Shown here piece by piece: positions 1-11,569 of a DNA stretch of 64,000 nucleotides. The translations under genes and the position numbers were made by a program. The notes beneath the pieces were generated by a model. It saw nothing but the letters and a program-made list of their open reading frames with translations. It was not told the origin of the DNA and searched no databases. How positions within the stretch are numbered: the first letter of the stretch is position 1; each line of letters begins with the position of its first letter. This stretch comes from Marsupella aquatica (taxonomy: Eukaryota > Plantae > Marchantiophyta), in assembly GCA_973895155.1 (NCBI GenBank), contig OZ316899.1, positions 9,174,287 through 9,238,286 on the forward strand. Reading direction: 5' to 3'.

Positions 1-1950
1 TGGCATGGATTACCATATCATTCATGCGTGTGTGAATGATTGCATGTTATTTCATGGGGACAAAGCCCATGTCACAATATGCACCGTGTGTCATGAGCCA
101 CGGTATGAGCCAAACATGCTAACCCAGAAGGTGCCAAGGAAAGCTGTTTGTTGGTTCTCCATTATTCCTCCCTTGTTGCACATGTATAGATGTTTTGACT
201 TGGCCGAGTTGATGGTATGGCACAAGAAGCATTGTTCAGAGCCTGGTGTGATGCGATTACCAGTTGACTCTCCTGCTCATAAACATGTAGAGTCAACATG
301 GCCAGATTTTGAGCGTGACCCTCGGCATGTGCGATTGGGGTTGGCTTCAGATGGGGTTAGCCCTCATTCACTTGGGGGGAAGGGGAGGCCTACATTGGTT
401 TGGCCAGTGGTTCTCATGAATTACAACCTTCCACCATGGTTGTCCATGAAAAAGGGCTTTTTGTTGTTATCTTTGATTATCCCAGGGCCAAAGAAGGTGA
501 AGAACATGGACACCTACATGGCATTACTGGTTCAGGAACTCCAAAATTTATGGGAGGGAGTATAGGCATATGATGGTCGAAAGATTAAAGAGGGTTTATC
601 ATGGGTTTTCAAACTGAAAGGAATTTGTATGTGGACCATGCATGACTATCCAGGTAAGAACTGTTACACTATAGTACTTACTTATTTAATTTCCATCATA
701 TGAGGATGCATGGTATTATTTTCTTTTCTTTGTCAATCATAACACAATCATTTGCTGATGTTTTTTTGGCAGGCTTTGGTTTTGTCAGTGGGTTGCAAAC
801 CCAAGGCTACAAAGCTTGCTCCACTTATGGCCCAGGCCTTGGTGATATAGCCAAGTACTCATCGCACCTTCACAAGATTATTTATCTTGGGCATACAAAA
901 TTTCTCCCAATGGGACATGCAATGAGGTTTGATCCACTTCTATTTTCCTCCATTGATATGCCTCTTGGTGATGAGCGTGAAGTACCTGAGCCAACAACTT
1001 TTGCACACTGGAAAGACTTGGCTGATAGAGTGGCTGACCCTGAGGATCCCATGCAGTTTGAGGGTAGTGGGTTGACAAGGTGGAGTATTCTAACCACTTT
1101 GCCCTATTGGGGAGAATTGAAGATCCGCCATCTATTAGATCCCATGCACATTGAGGGGAATGTGGGAAAGGCATTGATAAAAGCTTTCTATGGAGAGAAG
1201 GACACTAACTTCAGGGAGGCTTGTGAAGATCTTGAGATGCATCCAGATGTGTGGGTGACAACTGATCCAGTCACAGGGATGGAACATCGACCATCAGCTC
1301 CATGGGTGCTTCCTGTTGGACAACGAAGGGAGTTTCAAAACCGCATAGGAGACATGAGGTTTCCAACCGGTTATAGAGCCAATCTTCGAAAGGCTTTTGG
1401 GATGGAGGACAATCATAAGTGGCCACGATATTTGAAGACACATGACTACCACCGACTATTGCAACATATATTGCCCGTGGCAATAATAGGTTTGGCAAGT
1501 GAAGAAGTGCAAGATGCCCTTTGGTCATTGGGAAAACTGTTGAGATGGATATGCTCAAAGGAGATTTATAGTGAGGAGATCCCAGGGATGAAGGTATTGG
1601 CTGCAGAGGTGGTACTGTGCAAGTTGGAGAAGGCCCTCCCTCCTTCCTTTTTTGATTATCAAGTGCATTTACTTGTTCACCTTGTTCATGAGGTTGCCAT
1701 TGCGGGTCCTGTGCATTGTCGGTGGATGTATTGGTTGAAACGGTACATGGCAGTTTTAAAGGGATATGTACAAAACCGTGCAAGAGTTGAGGGAAGCATG
1801 GCTACAGGATATTTGGCAGCAGAAAGTATGTTTTATTGCAGCAACATATTAGCCACAATAGATTGTACCTCTCCCCGTACTTGGAAGGAGGAGAGGGAGG
1901 ATGAGGTGGATTGTTTGACAGAGGCCACCAAAACCCGCATGTCCAAATAA
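1..1950 (+). pseudogene. tnpD: CACTA (En/Spm) TnpD transposase remnant: Transposase_21 + DUF4218 regions, decayed, 3'-truncated, runs off the left edge
   Basis: Motifs IHACVNDCMLF, RHVRLGLASDG, VWPVVLMNYNLPPW, HDYP|G..GYKAC, LDPMHIEGNV, LKTHDYH, LEKALPPSFFD, GPVHCRWMY, RARVEGSMA. GT-AG intron 654-772 at the same position as in the copy at 8143-11406. In-frame TAG at 563-565. Confidence 0.93.
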
Positions 1951-2254
1951 CAACAGGCAACCGTGTTATTGGAACATTGAAGGGTGATTTGAATATTCCG
2001 CACTCCGAGAAGAGATTTCCAGGGCACGAAAAGGAGGAAAAATTCTTTGAATGCCGACATTCACCAGAAGTACATTCTAGGTGGACTTGTCGCCAATTAC
2101 ACGAAGGTTAGTGTACCAGTAACCTTTATGGTCGTTGCAATTGGGACTATCATTTGAGATAGATGTCAACTTTTTTAGGCTCTCGTCTATGTTTTACTAA
2201 ATCTCTTGTTCCCCTTAGAGATGTTGGGGGATGATGCCCTTGAGAAATATATAT

Positions 2255-2640
2255 CACTACAACACTATCGGCCGGTTTTGCGAAGACAATCTCATTGCAA
2301 CTAACAAGCCCCTGATTTTCATAATTCTGGCCATTGCGAACATACGCGCATCGCACCACCTTCACACTTTGCGAACCTAATAACTTCGCACACGGACCAT
2401 CGCAACGGCATCGCAACACCATGGCAAACTGCGAAGCTGAGAGGTTTGCAAGATTCAATACTTGTGCGATCCATTATACGTCGCATAAGGTTCGCAAACA
2501 TACACGCACACGTCCCGCACGGGCATCGATATTTGAGAAGGATTTACCATCGCATCATATTTGCGAAAGATATTGGTTCAATTGTTTTGATGGGGATTGT
2601 ATGACAAAGAGCAATACCGGTGATTTCAGAAGTTTGTGAA
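2255..2640. repeat. CACTA terminus and subterminal TTGCGA/TCGCAA repeats (element A)
   Basis: Repeated ttgcgaa/ttcgca/tcgcaa in both orientations directly inside CACTA. Confidence 0.8.
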
Positions 2641-3039
2641 CGGTTTCGATTAGGAAAGTGCGATCCTAGAAGTATCACAAAAACCCAACATATTTGGATC
2701 TGAAGTTTTGAAGTTAATTGACTCAAAAAGTGCGACGCCTTGGGGTTTATATTGTGTGATGGGAATGAGTTCTTAAAGGGTTCGCAAAATTATGATCACA
2801 GAGGATTCAATACATTATTTGCAAGGGGTTTTCCTTGGGACCCAATGTGGAAGGCAAAATTGTTGTTTTATAAAATGGAAAAGCATGAACAAAATGATAG
2901 GGCTTCAAAGAACCCTATACATGGACAAGAGGGGGGAAATATCTGGTGCTAGGTCCGCCCTTCTAAACCTATGCTGCCTCTTCCTACCCTAAGCTCCGGC
3001 ATGACAAGTCACTCTCATGCATGTATCTCTACAAAATAA

Positions 3040-4963
3040 CTAGAATGGGCTCTTGCGGCTCCTCTTGGTTGGCTTCTTGGCTGGCTTCTTGCCCTTATCC
3101 TTCCGGGGATCCTGTTGGTGACGGGTGCGTGATGGCCGTCGGCGATCCTGCTCCTGCTCCTCTGGCTCCTCTTGCCCCTCCTGCTCCTCCTCCTCCTCCT
3201 CAGGGTCCTCCTCCTCCCCCTGGTCATCAACGTGTGCTGATGACACACGACTACCACCACTACCACGGTGGGAAGAACCTACCTCACGACTACTCATTAG
3301 TTTCCGCAAGACATAAAGGGTCACTCACAATGTTTGCATGCTAATCATATGGTTCACACTTAGACACTTATAGTAGCCAACTCGGCATCTACCATTGCAA
3401 AGAGGTACTTTTGTCCATGCTCTATCGCCACCTCAATATGCTTTTTTGATATCTTCCTTTTGTACCTCCGATACTGCCATGCATAAAACCAATTAAAATT
3501 GGTTAAATTTGCCCTTAAGCATACCCTATAGCCACAAGTGACGCCTAAATCCTCAACTACTAAACACGACCCCAAAAAATTTTAAAATTCAAATTTGCGA
3601 ACCTATAAGCATGGCAACTTGCAAACCACATTTTTTGCGAAGGCGTTGCAATGGAGTTTGCAATGCGCATTTGTTCGCAAAGGCATCGGAAAATTGAAAT
3701 GGAAAAAGTCCATGATAGACTTTGCGAGGGGTTTGCAAACAAATGCGCATCGCAACACCTTCGCAAACTGTGTTCCCGAGAGTTTTTAAAATTTTGCCAA
3801 AAATTCTAAGTGTCAGAGTTGCCCTAAACTAGTAACCAAGCAAGCATGCACAACAGCAAGAACATTCGGGGATGTCATTCACTTGCATTGCACAACTCTG
3901 AAAGGAATAGAGAGGTTAGGGAGGAGCAAGAGGCACTCACAAAGTGTGACTTGAGGCCGGGGAGCCCGCCTTGACCCAACTTGTGGACTGGATTGGGGGT
4001 GGATTTCACTTGTTTGGCTGCATCTGTGAAACGCTGGGGCTCTTTCCCTCCTGGTCGGCCACCTTCTGCATCTCAGCTACCTTCTGCTCAAGTGGCTTTA
4101 GGTTGTGGTCAGGGGGGAGCTTCCCGGCCTCCTTTGCTTTCAAGGCTCGATCTAGATTGCCCTTCCACTCTTCCAACTCGTGAGCTGCCTTAATTTGCAC
4201 CTCAATCTTGTAAAACGAATTCCAGATGTCCTCGGTGAAGTGGAGGGGTCTGTGCAAGTTCCTGTATGATCTCAAGTCTTTCAGGTGGGCTCTAATCTTC
4301 ATCCTGTCATGGTATCGCATTTGAGACATAGAATTTGAAATCTTATCTGCCAACCATTGCTCATCTATGTCAGGCCCATTGCAAAATGCATCCTTGATTT
4401 GGTTGATGACCCTCTTTCGCTCTGCCTTCTCAATCTTCCCCCACTGCATGCCTCGTGAAAAATCGCTTGTGATAATCTGCTTGATTGTGCTCTTAGCCCT
4501 GCATACGCTAGCTCAGTTGGAGTCCCACTCGTCTCCAAGGCAATGAATGGAAGTTTTTTTTTGCTTCCTCTTTCTGACATTGCTCCTCCCTCTGTTTTCG
4601 AATTGAATCTCTCTCCTCTCTTCTCTTTTGCTTGTCTAGGGCTTGAGGAGAGGCAACTCCCAACTTAGTTCTTTCCTCTCTCTTCCTTTTTTTCTCTCTA
4701 GCCTTCTCTTCAGCTGCGGCCCTCTCCTCCCCCTCTCTAGTAGCTTGTCCTGCTACAATCCCAGTTTGCAAAACTTGTCCAAGAATGGCACTCAAAGAGG
4801 CAAGCCCTGCTGGAGAATTGAGATTCACTTCTCCCAATTGTGCAGCACTGAGATGTTGGGCCACTAAGTCTGCCCAGGCATTCTTCTCTTTCTCTGGATT
4901 TCCCCCATTGCCACTACCACTACCACTACCACCTTGCCCTCCACTCCCCTCACCGGTAGCCAT
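3040..4963 (-). pseudogene. TnpA-like (second En/Spm ORF) spliced gene of element A, decayed
   Basis: Exon 4963-3941 ends VHKLGQGGLPGLKSHF|gtgagt. Probable exon ~3474-3375 and an acidic/basic last exon ending at 3040. Clearly homologous to 18447-20820 (SPQ..RK.R, W.K....E, F.NG, S.SMS, H.(L/M)GQGG, same first donor position). Confidence 0.65.
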
Positions 4964-5339
4964 AGCTCCCCTCTCTCATAGTCTCCCTTGTACTGTCGCG
5001 CGCGCCCCGGCCCTTCTCGTCTCGCTCAAAAACTGAAATGAGCCCGAATGCGAGCTCCCGCCGATGTTTACGCCGTTCAAAAACGGGTTTGCAATGACAT
5101 ACGCATGGGAAACTGTGAAGCCCGCGCCCTTGCAAATAGTCTTGCAACTTGCGAGGCACTTCCGAATCTATTCCCTTTGCAAGGCCATCGCAACCCGTAG
5201 AAGACCCAAAAAATCATTCTCAGCCTCTGTTTTTGCGAAGTAAGTGCGAAGGCCGTAGGTTCGCAAAAAGATTCTCTAACTTGTGAAATAATTTGCGAGG
5301 CAGGTCTTATCGGTTTAGGGTTGGAAAACACTTTGGGGT

Positions 5340-6400
5340 GTCAAATGGCTATTAAGGTTTCTCAAACGACATTTAAGGTATGTTAAGTGCCCATAAGTTA
5401 ACATGGAAGGGGTGTCAATGGATGTTTGGGTTGTAAGGATAACTAGAATATAAGTTAACAAAGGTTTGGGTTTAATTAAAGGTTAGGTTTATATTTGGTT
5501 TTAATCTAGGAGTATTTGGTTTAATTAAGGGGGTTAAAACTTGGGTTAGGTTGGAATAAAAGGGTTGGGTTTAAATTAATGGGTTTGGCTTAGGGTTCAA
5601 GGTAGAGGTTTGCATTAGGTTGTGAGTAATTACAGGGGTTGGGTTTGGTTTTAGTTGAGGGGTTGAATTGTGGTTGTTTTTTAAAGGGATTGGGTTTGGT
5701 TTTTAGTTGGGGGGTTTAATTGTGGTTTTTTAAAAGGGGTTGGGTTTCTAATGTAAGTGTTTGGGTTGGGGTGTAACATGATATAGGGTTGGATTTGGTT
5801 CTAATTGAGGGGGTACAATTTTTGCTTAAGTTTTAAAAAAGGGCCTCAATTTAGGGGTTAGCCAGGGTGAAGTTTAGAATAACTATAGGGGTGGGGGTTG
5901 GCCTATATAGGTAAAGTAAGGTGTAGATAGGGTAAGGGTTTTATATGTAATTGGGGGATTTGGGTTGGGTTTAGGGTAAAGGTTTGAATTTTTAATGAGG
6001 GATTTGGGTATTGGTTAGGATAAGGGTAAGGGTTTAGGGTGCTTGAGGGATTTGGGTTAGGTTTTAATGAAGGGTTTCATTTCATGGTTTGGGTTTAGGG
6101 TAGGGGTTTAGGTTTAGGGTAAAGGTTTGAATTTTTAATGAGGGATTTGGGTATTGGTTAGGGTGAGGGTAAGGGTTTAGGGTGATTGAGGGATTTGGGT
6201 TAGGTTTTAATGAAGGGTTTCATTTCATGGTTTGGGTTTAGGGTAGGGGTTTGGGTTTAGGGTAAAGGTTTGAATTTTTAATGAGGGATTTGGGTATTGG
6301 TTAGGGTGAGGGTAAGGGTTTAGGGTGATTGAGGGATTTGGGTTAGGTTTTAATGAAGGTTTCATTTCATGGTTTGGGTTTAGGGTAGGGTTTGGGTTAC
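5340..6400 (+). repeat. G/T-rich strand-skewed tract ending in 3 tandem 143-bp units (5967, 6110, 6253) containing TTTAGGG motifs
   Basis: The unit starting gggtttagggtaaaggtttgaatttttaatgaggg recurs with a 143-bp period. The plus strand has very little C. Confidence 0.9.
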
Positions 6401-6832
6401 TTATATTTCTTTCTCTATCTCATTAACATAAAGTGGAAAACTCTTTGGCGTTGTAGGGCACTTCCCCATGTTTTTTAAAGTTTTGGCAATGCATGATAAT
6501 GCCTTGCGAGAGCCCGGGCATCTGAAAGGTATAACGTTTTCTCATGCATTTCTAGTCATTGCTGTAAATATGGAGGGTTACAATCTATCATCCTTTTTTT
6601 CTGGTTCACCATAAGGCATGGCTTAATTCATTGTATATTGGCAGATTTTCCCCTCCTTCTTCCAGATTTGGTTCATGAAATTTGAGCCACAAGATCCGTC
6701 AAGGCATTGCTAAGCCCGGGTCTCATAAAGGTATTTTTCTGTCAATTATTTTTAATATGTTTAGGTAGGGATTATCAATGATGGTTTTGGTGAAGTTTTT
6801 ACTAATCGCCTTCCAATTGCTATACTTGTCAG

Positions 6833-7066
6833 ATGTCTTCATCCTCTACAACTTCCACCACATCAGATTCCTCTTCCGATGAAGAAAGTCGTCCTCCTCC
6901 TCAGCCTGAACCAACCATACGTTGACCTAGTGGTCCACCACGCCAACTTTGTGGTTGTAAAAAATGTGTGGGGATGGTTGTCCAAAAGTCATATGTATGT
7001 GCGGAGCACATTGCTCAATATGGCCAACATCGAGGTCTTACACCGGGAGCTTCTTCATCCCGTATG
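6833..7066 (+). pseudogene. First coding exon of element A: Ser-rich N-terminus + CxCxxC..H Zn-knuckle (Transposase-associated-domain-like)
   Basis: ag|ATG at 6833. Reads MSSSSTT...R*PSGPPRQLCGCKKCVGMVVQKSYVCAEHIAQYG...SRM|gtgagt. 234 bp, phase-0 donor, one CGA>TGA stop. Homologue at 22165-22394. Confidence 0.75.
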
Positions 7067-7176
7067 GTGAGTTGTAAACTTACTGTGATTTCCATTTTAT
7101 TTTGTAAATCTTGCTAGGTAGCATAAAATAAAATTTGGGAGGTTCATCACTCACTTGGTTCCATTTCTTCCTATAG

Positions 7177-7986
7177 GTATCCAGTAGGCCTACACCCACT
7201 ACACCAACACCCTATGTTCCCTCACAAGGAGTTCTAGATGCTATAGGCTCGGCACTTTCACAAGCTTTTCGTTTAGTGGCAGCAGGGCAAGGTAGTGTTG
7301 GGACAATTCAGGGTGACGGTATTGTTACAAGAGGGAAAAAAAAGTCAAAAAGACAACCTAGAGGGGAAGTGGATCAGTACACTTGTAGGGTTGATGGTAG
7401 ATGGGGCCCTTGTACCTTCACAGGGAAGTGTGTTCCTATCATAAAGGATTGGAATCCGGAGTGCCTTGGTTTGCCATGTGATATAACCTATGGTGAGGAG
7501 ATAGAAGTTTGGGGAAGACATTGAGTTGTCAAGAGTTCGACCCTAGGGGAGAGGCATGGGTATGGGATTTTCTCTTGTCAGGACATTATTGTGGATGATA
7601 TGGGTGGAAAAGGGCGCTCTTCGGATGGACCAACGTTGTTCCCGTATGGTGGACCCATTTACAAGAGGAGACATTGGAACATGATCCTTGTTCAACACCC
7701 TGAGTGGAAGACTTATGCATTGGACATGGATACTTTTGATGGTTGCACCATAAAGTATTGTGACCAGCGTATAATTGACGGTGATCCCATCCGTAGTGGG
7801 AATATTGCCGGTTTCATCAACAGTACTATGGGGACCCGGCCTAAGCGTAGGAAAAACTGTGAATGGGTTTTTGTTGATGGTCCCCCTCCAGCCCCTTATG
7901 GGCAGAGATATCATCATGACCATTTTCTAGTTGTAGCTAATAGGACCATTCTGGCTGGAGAGGAGTTGTTTACACATTATGAATGA
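7177..7986 (+). pseudogene. SET-domain (lysine methyltransferase-like) exon inside CACTA A
   Basis: ctatag acceptor ending 7176. One frame to 7986 with a single TGG>TGA stop at 7522. SET motifs VKSSTL..HGYGIF (GxG), LFPYGG, DG..GNIAGFINS, N(C), VVANRTILAGEELFTHY. No Cys-rich post-SET. Confidence 0.82.
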
Positions 7987-8142
7987 GATTAGGATTACTT
8001 TAGGGACATGTATTATACGTTCATCGTATGTGAATGTATGTTTTGTAATGACATGTTCTTTTTATATTGTTAATAATATGTTTTGAGCACTACTATATTT
8101 GGAGTTAATTTCATTGTGAATGCTTTATTGTATTGTCTATAG

Positions 8143-11100
8143 AATGTGCAGCCTAGTCAAGATATGCTGCCAAGGAGGTTGAGAGCTACATATCAAGAAA
8201 TGGGCTTGCCACAAGACGGGGAAACATCATCAGCAGATTCCTCATCAAGTGACAATGGTAATGACAGTCCAGATGAAGGGGCACCTCGGACAGATTATGA
8301 GGTCATGCAAGACCAAGAGTCAGCCATGGATGACTTCATGACAGATTGGTTTGGTGTAGACATTGGTGGTGAAGGAGGTGTCCCACCCAATGAAGGAGAT
8401 CCTCCACCAAATGTTGCACATGATCCAAGGCCTCAACGTACACCTGAAGGACAAAAACAATGGGAAGAAGCTGAGGCACATGCTAGAACACCTATTTATG
8501 GGGGTGCTCGTTTGAATAGACTATCTGCCATCTTGGCATTGATGAATCTTCAGGCAAAACACAAGGCAAGCAATGCGCTACTATCGGATTTGTTTGCAAT
8601 TTGCCATGATCTCTTGTTACCCAGTGAAAATGTGTTGCCAGGAACTTGGGAGGCAAAGAGGGTTCTATCATCCATTGGCATGAATACCATATCATTCATG
8701 CTTGTGTGAATGACTGCATTCTCTATCATGAGACCAATGCCAGCGCAACTGAGTGTCCAATTTGTCAAGAGCCTCGATATGAAACCAACATGTTGACCTC
8801 AAAGGTGCCTAGAAAAGCTGTTCGTTGGTTTCCTATTATTCCTCGATTGTTGCACATGTACCGATGTTCTGACTTGGCAGAATTGATGGTATGGCATAAG
8901 ACACATCGATCAAAGGCCGGTGTCATGCGGTTGCCAGTTGATTCCCCTGCTCACAAGCATGTGGAGTCACAATGGCCAGAGTTTGCACGTGACCCTTGTC
9001 ATGTGAGGTTGGGGTTGGCATCAGATGGGGTGAGCCCACACTCCCTTGGAGGGAAAGGGCGCCCTACTTTGGTTTGGCCGGTGGTTGTTATGAATTACAA
9101 CCTTCCCCCATGGTTGTCCATGAAAAAGGGATTCTTATTGCTATCATTGATTATCCCAGGTCCATCTAAGGTAAAAAACATGGACACCTACTTGGCGCTC
9201 TTGGTTGGGGAACTCCATAAATTATGGGGGGGTGTATGGGCATATGATGGTCGGACAACTACAAGAGGGTTACCACGTGTCTTCCAATTGAAGGGAATCA
9301 TTATGTGGACCATGCATGACTATCCAGGTGAGTGGTATGGATTTGTATTTTTTTCATGTATTGGAGATCAAGTTTGTTTGGAAGGAAGTCCCTCTTTAAT
9401 TCTATCTACATGAACTTTTCAATTCCTTTGACTCTAATTGAGAATGTTATTTTGTGAGCAGGGTTTGGGTTTGTTTCTGGGTTCCAAACTCGAGGGTACA
9501 AGGCATGCTCCACTTGTGGTCCAAGCCTTCACGATATGGCCAAGTACTCAAAATGGCTGCACAAGATAATCTACCTTGGTCATACCAAGTTTCTTCCACT
9601 TGGGCATCACATGAGGTCTGACCCCCTTTTGTTTTCAGACTTTGACATGATCAATGGTGATGAGCGTGAGATACCTGACTGCACAACATTTTCGTATTGG
9701 AAATCCATAGCTGATAGGGTGGCAGACCCTGAAGATGCCATGGGATTTGATGGTAGTGGATTGACAAGGTGGAGTATACTGGCCACTTTGCCCTATTGGC
9801 CTGAGTTGAAGATTCATCACTTGTTAGACCCCATGCATATAGAGGGAAATGTTGGGAAGGCTTTGATCAAGCACTTTTATGGGGAAAAGAACATTAATTT
9901 TAGGGAGGCATGCCAGGATCTAGAACAACATCCAGATGTATGGATAACAGTTGATGAATCCACAGGGATGGAACATCGTCCTTCAGCTCGATGGGTTTTG
10001 AGTGTTGGTGAAAGAAGAGAGTTTCGACAACGCATAGGGTAGATGCGGTTTCCTACAGGCTATGGTGCCAATCTACATAAGGCTTTTGGGATGGAGGACA
10101 GTCATAAATGGCCAATATATCTCAAGACACATGACTATCATTGTTTACTACAACATATACTTCCTGTGGCAATCATAGGTTTGGGGAGTGAAGAAGTGCA
10201 AGACACCCTTTGGTCACTGGGCACTTTGTTGAGATGGATATGCTCAAAGGAAATATATGAAGAAGAGATACCACGGATGGAGGTATTGGCAGCAGAGGTG
10301 GTATGCAAGTTGGAGAAGGCCCTCCCTCCTTCCTTCTTTGATTGTCAGGTGCATCTTCTCGTTCATCTTGTGAGGGAGGTTGCCATTGCCGGTCCGGTGC
10401 ATTGTAGGTGGATGTATTGGCTGGAAAGGTATATGGCCGTGTTAAAGGCTTGTGTACGGAACTGTGCACGAGTGGAGGGGAGCATGGCAACTGGATACTT
10501 GGCAACTGAGAGTATGTTTTATTGTAGTAACATCTTAGCTACCATTGATCCTAGTTGTCCACGCACTTGGATGGAAGAGAGGGAAGTGGAGGAGGACCGT
10601 TTAACAGGTGCAAAAAAACACGCTTACTAACCGCAGTGGAGTTGACACAGGTTAGTACTTTCATGTTGAGTAACAGCAATGTGATGGAAGATTGGAGAGA
10701 GTTTTATGAGGATGCAAAGAGGGAGAGTCGTCGCCCAAGGATCTTTCCAAAGTTCCTTGAGTATATGAAGGAGAAAGTACTTCAGTTGGATGCTATGGTG
10801 GCCCAAGGTGAGAATGTATCACATTTTCCAGATATGACTCTTGAGGTTCAAACAATTGTTCATGGTCCTTTAAGACTTGTTCAGACCAGAACAACAATGT
10901 GGACACAAGGGAGGCATTTCAGGATTTCTGACCTTGATGAGAAGAGGGGAAGAACTTTTGATTGTGGAGTTCAAGGGCAGTTCATGCAAGATTCACAAAG
11001 TAGCCGTCATGACACTAATGTGATCAGAGATGTGGTGCCTCACTATGGGAAGATTGAGGAGATCTTGATCATATCCTATGATGCCGATTCCAAATTTGAA

Positions 11101-11406
11101 GAGTATGTCTTCAAGTGTAAGTGGTTCAAAAATCACCTGGTTGGTGATAATCGCACGGTACTTCTTGATGAGTGTGGGTTTACTCGACTGAAGACATCAG
11201 CAACTAGCTTTCAACCATCTCATTGGCAAACATCTGAACCATTTACATTCCCAAGTAACCTTGAGCAGTGTTTCTATATTCCGTACCCACCAGACCCAGA
11301 GTAGTCAGTTGTTATACCGTATGTGCCACGGTCCCGTTCCATTATCTCGGAAAAACCTGACGTTATTATTGTGTCAAATGGAGGAGAGGATGAGGACCAG
11401 GTTTGA
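8143..11406 (+). pseudogene. tnpD: CACTA TnpD transposase (Transposase_21, DUF4218, DUF4216-like C-terminus), near full length with stops and frameshifts
   Basis: ctatag acceptor ending 8142; intron 9328-9461. Same catalytic-region motifs as 1-1950, plus C-terminal YGKIEEI, FKCKWF, DECGFT, EPFTFP..QCFY. Confidence 0.93.
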
Positions 11407-11569
11407 TGCACTAGTAGTAAAACTTGTTGTGGGCCCAGAATTTGACCCTAAACTAACTATCATGGTTTTATTTATATTAACATATTAATTTTCTTCTTTT
11501 GTTTTACAAACACTTAATTGGACTTTGAAATTTCATCTCACTGTTATATACGCAACCCTAGCCGTTTCC

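Larger units (their letters stand above)
2255..11550 (+). mobile_element. CACTA element 'A' (left terminus present, right terminus not found) carrying TnpA-like, SET and TnpD coding regions
   Basis: CACTACAACAC at 2255, followed by dense TTGCGA/TCGCAA subterminal repeats (about 2277-2640). TnpD at 8143-11406. Right boundary is approximate, where the LINE 3' end begins. Confidence 0.85.

Noticed and set aside
1950-2254. Coding-like fragment with a possible intron between the TnpD remnant and CACTA A
   Set aside because: Too short and no recognisable motif; cannot be assigned.
3021-3344. Proline-rich/extensin-like ORF on +
   Set aside because: Antisense shadow of the GAG-rich acidic exon of the TnpA-like gene.
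5340-6400. Interstitial telomere
   Set aside because: TTTAGGG words are isolated within a 143-bp unit and degenerate G/T sequence; there is no (TTTAGGG)n array.
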